From Macrostomum hystrix (lineage: Eukaryota > Animalia > Platyhelminthes), in assembly GCA_950097015.1 (NCBI GenBank), contig CATNEN010000038.1, forward strand, positions 17,484,001 to 17,548,000: 64,000 bases of DNA, read 5' to 3'. Positions 56,124 to 64,000 of the stretch are shown here, piece by piece. How positions within the stretch are numbered: the first letter of the stretch is position 1; each line of letters starts with the position of its first letter. The notes below the pieces were generated by a model. It ran no database searches and was not told the DNA's origin. It saw only the letters and a program-made list of their open reading frames with translations. The position numbers and the translations under genes were made by a program.

Positions 56124-57279
56124 CAGCGGTTCTCAACCTTTTATTCAGGCGACCCTAATTTATTCCCTTGCATCTTTTTTGTTTGTTTGCGACCCCTATA
56201 ATAAGCATGCGACCATGCGATAGCCAGCGAACTTTGGTGTGGAGAAGGAAGGAACTGTGCTCAGCCCCCATTTCCTCGCACAGCGCTGTGAACAGTCGAT
56301 GATTCAGAGGTCAGCTTTTGATGAAATTCACCACGGGAACGTCTGTCAAGACGGCGTCGGTCAGCTGACAAGTCTTTGGCTGCCAGTGCTTCACGATGGA
56401 TGAAGCAATGTGTCCAGCTAGCGTCAGGCGTGACATCCTGGATGCGATTCACAGCACCACTGTTCTTTCATGTGCACGCTGCCTGTGCACGCTGGTTCAG
56501 TGATACCAACTGATGGAATTTGACGCCTTAACTTCTCCATGAAGTATACTTACGTGGCTTAGTCGCAACTTCAGGGTGCTGTGTTTGCAGATGGCGCTAG
56601 AGTTTTTTTGGTTTCATTGACTCCTTTGACAATAATGTGACTTCGCAGATAATGCATTGTGGTTTTTCATTCGCAGTTGTGAAACCTAACTCAAGAAATG
56701 CTTCATTATAACTGCGCTTAGGTGAGTTTGCAGACGATGCCATTAACAACAGATGAGATTGAATATCTAAATAGATGCCTCTAATCCTAATCTAACCCTA
56801 ATCCTAAGCAGGTTATTGTGCCTCCAATCGGCTAAGCCAAAAGGAATGGGAATGCGTTTAAATGTGGGGGTGGATTGTTGAGAGGAGTTCCTCCTCTGGG
56901 TAAGGAGTTGCGATCGTTCGTTTTAAGCTCGCTGGGGTAACAAGGTAAAAGGGAGACAGGGAAGGAAAGTTAGTTTTGCTTGTCGTGTGGTGTCGTGTGA
57001 CTCAGCCCATATCTAGCAGAACAGGCTTAGCTTGCGACTGCGTGCATATTTTGTGTTGCGACTTCAAGTTGAGTGCTAGGCCGCTAGTGCTATAGCCATT
57101 GCAATGTAGCTAACAGCCTTTGACTTACTTTTACTTTTACTAAAAATGTTTTACTCTAATATCTCTAAAGGGTTCTTCCCCAAAAAAAATACATTTTTTA
57201 TTTTTCTTTTTGCTGCGACCCCCAGAAAATGGTCACGCGACCCCACTGGGGGTCGCGACCCACAGGTTGAGAACCACTG
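56124..57279 (-). mobile_element. Internally deleted hAT (Charlie/Buster/SPIN-like) transposon
   Basis: TIR CAGYGGTTCTCAACCT. 8-bp TSD CACTAGAT at 56116-56123 and 57280-57287. Minus-strand transposase remnants: BED finger (KPQCIIC...SMKP.KL.RHLQTQHP), THCFIHREALAAK, LLHTKVRWLS. Confidence 0.92.
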
Positions 57280-59512
57280 CACTAGATCAAACAATCAGAC
57301 AATCAAACAAAAAACAAACAAATGTACCCAAAACTGCTTGATTCTCTGGCAGTGTTAAGCTCATTACAAAACAGTAATGGCAATATCAGTAATGATAGTT
57401 ATTGACCATTTGGTAATGAAAAAATACCAAAATAGTAATGTTGTTATTTTTTATTATTACTTTGTTTTTTACACTTTTACCATAAATCTCCCATATTATG
57501 TAAGTAAATATGTTGTAATATGTTGTCATATGTTGTAAATATGTGTAGCTTTGCTTATAGGTCATTAGTAATTACTCATATCATGTGTTATAATCTTGAA
57601 CATTGTCCACTTTTAAGACTCCATCATCATAATCACTCTCACTGATTTTGACCATTTTGGACATGGGTTTAGTATCTATGAGATCACATGAAGATTAGAT
57701 TGATAACATTGATGATTGATGACAATTTTATATCGTCATCAAAATAAAGTAACAGACTTATAATCTGTCTATCATCCTTATGTGTCTCATGACACATAAT
57801 GAGACACTCTCATGTCATTATGGTTAGAGCAATGTGAATTGAGTTGATTTCACATTCACATTTTCAGATTGCTACCCTGTGTACTGTGTACATATACATT
57901 AAAGCATAATTCATCTTATAGAAGCCTAGTCACATCACATCATGACTACCTAGCCATGATTCATGACATGATTTATGATCATCAGCCGTAAGGTTTTGTT
58001 GTTTGTAATGCTATATTTACAACCTAGCCACCAAATGGGGGCAATAGGCAAGTATACATTCGTAATACTATAAATACAAAGAATAAATGCTTGTATTATT
58101 CATTCAGACAGCATGGTACTCTCTAAGAGAAGCTTTAATAGCAATAGTATTTATGCGAATGCCTGCATCAACAGTCGTCAGTCATGGGAATTTAATTGAG
58201 TTCCTGAACATTATTTACAAACTAGATAAAAATAAGGAAATAAAGACAACATTGATGTTTATTTAAGCATATTGACAAAAGCTTAGAAGGCTTGTGACTT
58301 TAACACACTAATAGTAAATAGATACATTTGGTTCACTTATAATGTAAAAACACATGACTAATTTTATGTTTCCTGGAATAAAAACTCAAGTTTGAATATC
58401 CTTGCGTTTAATTCGCCGTACCATAGCGCTCGCGGTGTACACTCGGATAAACTACAAATCGATTAGATGCATTGCTAAAAAATTGTTACATTGATGAATT
58501 TAGGAACCTGCAACTGCTGTATTTGACAGATTGTGAATTTTTAATGTAGTTTATATATTTGGGTACATTCTATGTAAAGCACACAGGAATACAATGACGG
58601 ATCTTGAGTATATATCGTTCTGAGTAAGGTCTATTGAGCGTCTCGAGCAAGCCAAACCGCTTATCTTATTAGTACTCGTATTGGCAACTTTAGCAATATA
58701 TAGGAGGCTTCCCTGTTAAAAACATTTAAAACAATTACGCATGCAAAGCTCTCAAGTCAACACTATCGCAGCCTTTAGACTGATCAGCTCCTCAAAGTCA
58801 TCTCTCCTGCCTCGTCTCTCCTCTGTCAATCGGGTTTGCTTTTTTCTTCTGGATTCTCCCTCTCTTTTTGACTGTACAGCGTGCGCGCCAATTTATTTGA
58901 TGAGTTATTAGAAGGGTCGAGTTGTACGATTCCGTTAAATAAAATAATAACTAAAAGCGTCCAAAGAAGAAAAATTATCGTTCTAAATTAGCAATGAACT
59001 TCCCAAGTGCACTTCAGTTTACCTAGCTGTAAGGTTAGTAAGCAGCATGAGCTGGAACAAGGCCACCCACCCATATAATTTAGGTGATCGACGGCGTCTC
59101 TCACAGTATTCAGACTGAATTTAAAAAAGCACCACGTACACTGCAGCAGCTGTATTGGATGCGCCTGCAATATAGCTATGACTGCAGTGTCAGTGCTGTA
59201 CATCAGGCCCAACTGGGCTAAGTGAAATTTCTATTCCATCTATGCAGGTAATTTATTTTTTATAGTTGGCAAGCAATACCATACTTCAGTAGTTACATCC
59301 ATAATCCAAAGTCGATCAAAATTAGCTAGTTATTAACCGGAGCAAATAACCTGAGGGTGGTGATCGCACAAGCTCACTGTCTTTTTTGTCTATGGGGCAA
59401 AAGTTTTAGACCGTTGAGACCGCTGTTAAAATGCAGACTTGCTCGCGTTCTATGCGTTGGCAGTTAAAATGCGCTAAATTCATTAATCACTCACTTTGGT
59501 TTCACGCAAAAA

Positions 59513-59962
59513 ATGATCAACAACGGCTGCAGCGCCGATTGGGGTCATCAGGAGCAACGACAGCGCAATGAGATCGCCAGCATTGATTGGAAGGACTGCA
59601 TCCACAGGTGGAAGCGCAGCCGGGAGAAGTGGCGCACGGAGGCCATCCGCATGCAGAGTCAGCTCTGCGATGGAAACCGCAGCGCCATGCACTGGCGCCA
59701 GCAGGCGCTCAACGTGAACACCCAGCTGAGTGAGGTGCGCAGCGTACTGATTAGCTGGCGCGCGTTGGCTCTGCGCTCTCGGGAGGCCATGAACCAATGG
59801 CAGGGCGAGGCGGTCCGCTGGCGCGAGCAGGCGCGCCAGTGGAAGCAGCGCTGCTGCGAGCTGATGGAACATCGCGAAGATCAGCTGATAAGTCAGCTGT
59901 GCGGAGACAGTCAAAGCCGGGGCTCCAACTTACAGCGCAACGTGTGCCAACCTGGCTTTTAA
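59513..59962 (+). CDS. Orphan 149-aa coiled-coil protein with Trp in heptad register
   Basis: GC-rich ORF in an AT-rich context, AAAATG start, strict 7-residue periodicity without DNA-level tandem repetition. Confidence 0.6.
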   Translation: MINNGCSADWGHQEQRQRNEIASIDWKDCIHRWKRSREKWRTEAIRMQSQLCDGNRSAMHWRQQALNVNTQLSEVRSVLISWRALALRSREAMNQWQGEAVRWREQARQWKQRCCELMEHREDQLISQLCGDSQSRGSNLQRNVCQPGF

Positions 59963-61059
59963 TCAGCGCAATTTTTTTCCGTGGCGTTTTTTGCGCAGAT
60001 GACATCCGTGACTGAACAATCTTAATCATCCCTGCAGTTTCTGCTTCATCTTTCTCAGATAGATGCAACTGCTCTGTGAATTTTTTTCACACGCTTACAT
60101 GTGACAAATATACACGGCACGAAAGAGGGCCTAAAAAACAAGGCCGGCAACAAGCTTTTTATTATATTGGATAAATGAAAATATTTTTTTTCAAGTTGAA
60201 GTAAACTCATGCAGATTGACTTGCTTTTTCTGTTTTGTTATTTTCAGTCTGAGTTTTCAAAGTTAAATCGGCAAAGGTCAAATATGTGAAGTATAGCAAT
60301 GTGGAATTTTTTGTCTTGCTAAGGGCAAAAATCCTTTCTTTTAGGTTGAAATTCGAACTACCGACGTTCTTGGTTCCAAATTAAAAAGCTTTCTGTTTAG
60401 CTCGTACAGCTTGTAGCCTATAGCCATTATAGCATCGGCGGCGACTGCTTTTGTTGAAGGTCCCGACGGTCGCCGCCGATGCTCCAGACGGCGATAAAGG
60501 GGACCCTGGTGCCTGGGATGATGAGTAAGTCCCTGCGACAGATGGACTCAGATTATTAAACTAATTATATGTATTCGCCATTTTTCTAGAGCTAGAGCAA
60601 TGCTAGTTGTCCGTGTCAGCAGGGTCTTCGGCAGGAATCACTGAATATCTCGAAGATTCTGACGTTCCCGTTGGATGTCTCCTTGCTCGGCCCCTGATCG
60701 GGGGCCTTGTGGAGGCATGCGTCCATTTGCTCTTCGGTCTGCAGAAGATGCGGAAACGTCGAGAGGTCCGACCACGAACTTTTTCAACAATGCAATATAA
60801 TGCGTTTGAAACAAAACAGTTAAAAATAAATTGTTTATTCATACTTGCAGAATCTAAAAACAACTATTTAATTTAAAACATTATTCTTATTGATTGAAAC
60901 TATACCACAGCGAGTTGAAGTGCTGTTAAATAACTATAACTGCGGATTGGCGGTAACTGATCACTGATCATTGATTACTGCCATTGATCTTAAACTTTCT
61001 TTCGACTGCGCTGAGCACAATATTCTCAACGACGACCTGCATGACTCTCCGCTACCAGA

Positions 61060-61770
61060 TTTGGCCACTTCTTGCTGGCTTGCCAATTAGCTCGTACATT
61101 TGCGGAAGGCAATGTCGCACCTGCTTCCGACACTCTCCCTGGATGCGGGTGCGCATGGGAGCGCCCTCATGGCAGCGCCATCAGCCATCTCCTCTTTGTC
61201 TACTACCTGAGAGGATGTCCGGTCCTCGAGCCTCCGACCTTGACGGGCTACGCGGATGACCTCTCGGTCGTCTTATCCCGGGTTTCGGTGAATAGACAAT
61301 GAGCTTAAGTACTGCAATGAACATGCCACACACCAGCTGGAGGAGAGCGAGAAAGCTCATCTCCCATAACAAGCGCTCGGTCAACTAGTCGCTCGCCGGA
61401 CCGAAGGCAATACGGCTTAAATTTTCTATCCGTGGCCAGCCTCTGTCGAACGTCACCAACCAGAAAATCCTGGGCGTCACTCTTGACCCCATGGGGTCAT
61501 GCTGCAGCTTACCCTCTCGGAGCATGCTCGAATTTCGGTCGAAAAAGAGAGAGCCCTCGCTGGTACGTTCTGGAGAGCCGACACCGAGACACTCTTTAAC
61601 ACATACCGCATGACCAGTCGCTCCGTCCTTAAACACGCGGCTCTGGGGCCCCATCAGCTGGCAGAAATTGCAGACAAAATCAGGCACTGTGGGCAGCCAC
61701 GGCGGCACACGATTCTGACAACCCATGCCACGAGCTGCTTCATCAACTTGCTCCCCACCATCCGATGAAG
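61060..61770 (+). pseudogene. Degenerate non-LTR retrotransposon RT fragment (I/Ingi-group-like)
   Basis: Frameshifted remnants PHGSAISHLLF...GYADD, KILGVTLD, ALAGTFWRADTETLFNTY...RSVL. Confidence 0.75.
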
Positions 61771-61892
61771 CTCACGGTCTTCACGCGCTGACACAAGAAC
61801 GATCGCTGGGGCATCGTCAGTGAGCCTCCCCTCATCCTCTACGCTCGTGCCAGTGCGTACAACTGAGCTCGTGCCAGCAACCACACGTCGGC

Positions 61893-61958
61893 TTCCCAGG
61901 CGATCACGCATCCAAGTACTAACCAAACCCAACGTTGCTCAGGGTGATCGGTGATCAG
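61893..61958 (-). pseudogene. 5S rRNA-derived segment (5S pseudogene or SINE3 head)
   Basis: Minus strand ...AGCAACGTTGGGTTTGGTTAGTACTTGGATGCGTGATCGCCTGGGAA matches the conserved 5S internal region GGTTAGTACTTGGATGGGxGACCGCCTGGGAA; the 5S 5' and 3' ends are absent. Confidence 0.8.
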
Positions 61959-63170
61959 AAAATCTTGATCCATATGATGGACTTTCACGAAAATCGATCA
62001 TTCTGTTTAGAGACATTGTGGCAAGTAGGCAATTTGAAAGACCCCCCGATGGTATTTCTATTGTGGTAGCGTGGTCTTTCTATTGTTAAAAGAGATAAGC
62101 CTTGTTTCGTATCTAGATTAGTAAATTTGTGCTTGATTGGCCTGATAGGTTATAGGAAATCCTGTAACATAGAGCCACCAACGCAGTTCACTAGATTTAT
62201 ACTAGACTTCTGTCTAATAAAAATTTCATTATAAATCTGTATAGTCGGGTAGTACTGAGGACAATATAAGCGAGGTAGTATTTACATCACTTTAATCGTC
62301 CTTTAATTAGTCTAAACGATAGTCATGGTACTCTAAACTGCATTTCAATTACCAGACATGAACTAATTACTTCTTTGTGAAATTACTAATTATATTCTCA
62401 TAATTTTCGTTCATTGCTCTTTGCTGGTTGCAGAATCTTTATTGTCAGAAAAAAGAGTTTTAAAGAATTTTATTTTAACAAATAAGTAGCATGTCAAGGG
62501 AGTTACAACACAATATTTATTGCACTTTAAACTAATTATTTATGTTGTTCTTTCTGCACGGTTTAAACTTTGAAATTGTACAAACGCACTTTATTTTAGC
62601 CATCGCCGCTATACGGCCCAGATTAGATAGTTAGTTTGGAGTCTGAGGCGTATTTTGAGGTACCAGAAACTGTTAGTCGGAATTTCCACGGTTTTTCCAT
62701 GGCAGTTTTGGCACGCCCACGGTTTTTTCCGCCAGCTAAAATCCTTGCATCCAATGAGAAGGCTCCTTCGCACTCCGACCAATGGCGTGCGCCGGCAGCC
62801 CGGGTGTGGTAAAAAAGACCTTAAATACGAGGCACATGCAAGCCCCGCCTGCGCCAGTTTGGGCAAACATTTCAGCTCAAAATTCGAACCCCAAACCTAC
62901 CAACGCCTACCGACTGTTTAGATTAATTAAGGGGTGTCACCACGCATATGTATGCAATCATTTATGCTATCACTTGGTGTATGCTTGTGGCGCATTCTAT
63001 ACGTTTTGTGAGAGATTCAGACAATTCAGACTACTGACAACAGTAGAAAAGCAAAGACTTGGCTGCAAAACTCTCACATAACACTAAAAAAGTATCGCCA
63101 TAAAAATGGCTAGCTTAAAAGAGACTTCTGTGCACACTGAGAGTGGTGGGAGAGGACTGCGTGTGGCTAT

Positions 63171-63213
63171 GGCTGACTGACGAAGGCAAACAAGCCAGAA
63201 ACCGGTCTCGGTC
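63171..63213 (+). ncRNA. Minimal type I hammerhead ribozyme motif (Penelope/retrozyme type)
   Basis: Stem I GGCTGA/TCGGTC, core CTGACGA, stem II GGC-aaacaa-GCC, GAAA, palindromic CCGG, GTC cleavage triplet ending at 63207; one extra A before GAAA. Confidence 0.6.
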
Positions 63214-64000
63214 TGCCAGCACGAGGTTCGTTCCCCACTTTTAGTGTGTTACACAGGTTTTAAGCTCGCACATAAAATCTGACATCATCGCTGCTGTTGC
63301 TGAGGCCTGTCGGCATGGCAGCGAAGTCCAGCAGATGGCACAGGCCAGACTCCGGGATGAAAATTGCTGCCTCGCAGTCACCACCGGAGCACAGCATCAG
63401 GCATTGTGCCAAACTGAGTGTGCTCAGCGTCCGTCGAGTCGGCGCGTCCGGGTTGCCAAATCCAATCAGTGTACGGTTTCCAGGAATCAGCTTGCTGTCT
63501 GAAATTAGCGAAGTGTGCCGACGCTATAGACAAGAATTTACACCAAGACGTGAAAAAATGTAAGCACAATGTACATAAAGATTTGAAAAGAATATACATA
63601 AATTATGAATGTACAATTAGACTTGAAAAGATTTGCTGCACAGGAATGAACACCATGACTTGACTAGATGCTACAAGAATGTACTAAATCAAGGCCTGAC
63701 AAGCCCGTTAACAGTAGATCAAATAGCCATATTTTTGTTTTTTCTGTATCTTATAATATATTTAGCCAATCCAATTTGAAATTGACTAATTGGCTATTTG
63801 AAATACCCCCGTGGTCTTTCCACAGGAGTAAAAATGGCTGCAAAACCTACGGCATGTCCCAACGTAGGCATAGGTGAGTTCGAAGACTCGATTCCGGTAG
63901 TCGCCGCCGCAGTTCTGACTAGAGTTTCCTAAGCAAGGCGATGAGCAGGCTGTAGCAGGACCTTGCGAGCCGTACGAGTTGCCACAGAAACACCAACCCC

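Noticed and set aside
56780-56807. Interstitial telomeric repeat (ctaatcctaatctaaccctaatcctaa)
   Set aside because: Only one true CCCTAA unit, and it lies inside the hAT element
61893-61958. Functional 5S rRNA gene
   Set aside because: Only the internal ~65 nt match; both ends and the tandem context are missing

Overview
Eukaryotic (metazoan invertebrate) genomic DNA, not prokaryotic. It has spliced GT-AG genes, very abundant minisatellite arrays and many transposon relics. A free-living flatworm such as Macrostomum is plausible, but that is inference only. Spliced genes I could reconstruct: a GT32 (DXD) glycosyltransferase (-), a small secreted prepro-peptide releasing a CC-x6-CC peptide with allatostatin-C/somatostatin-like inner spacing (+), a Ral GTPase (-), an NT5DC1-like HAD 5'-nucleotidase (-), and head-to-head with it a ZNRF3/RNF43/PLR-1-like PA-TM-RING ligase (+). 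Two orphan ORFs: a Q-rich acidic protein and a Trp-heptad coiled coil. Mobile DNA: a satellite-carrying non-autonomous Helitron plus a partial inverted copy, two hAT elements with 8-bp TSDs, a defective piggyBac with TTAA TSDs, a young 5'-truncated RTE-like LINE with TSD, a decayed I-group LINE, a mariner fragment, two tRNA-derived SINE families, a 5S-derived segment and a minimal type I hammerhead ribozyme motif. Most of the long ORFs in the supplied track are read-throughs of satellites. The most striking item is the four-cysteine peptide gene with an all-codon Arg9 tail, enclosed between inverted arrays of one 24-bp satellite. Satellite boundaries are approximate; exon and TSD coordinates were read base by base.
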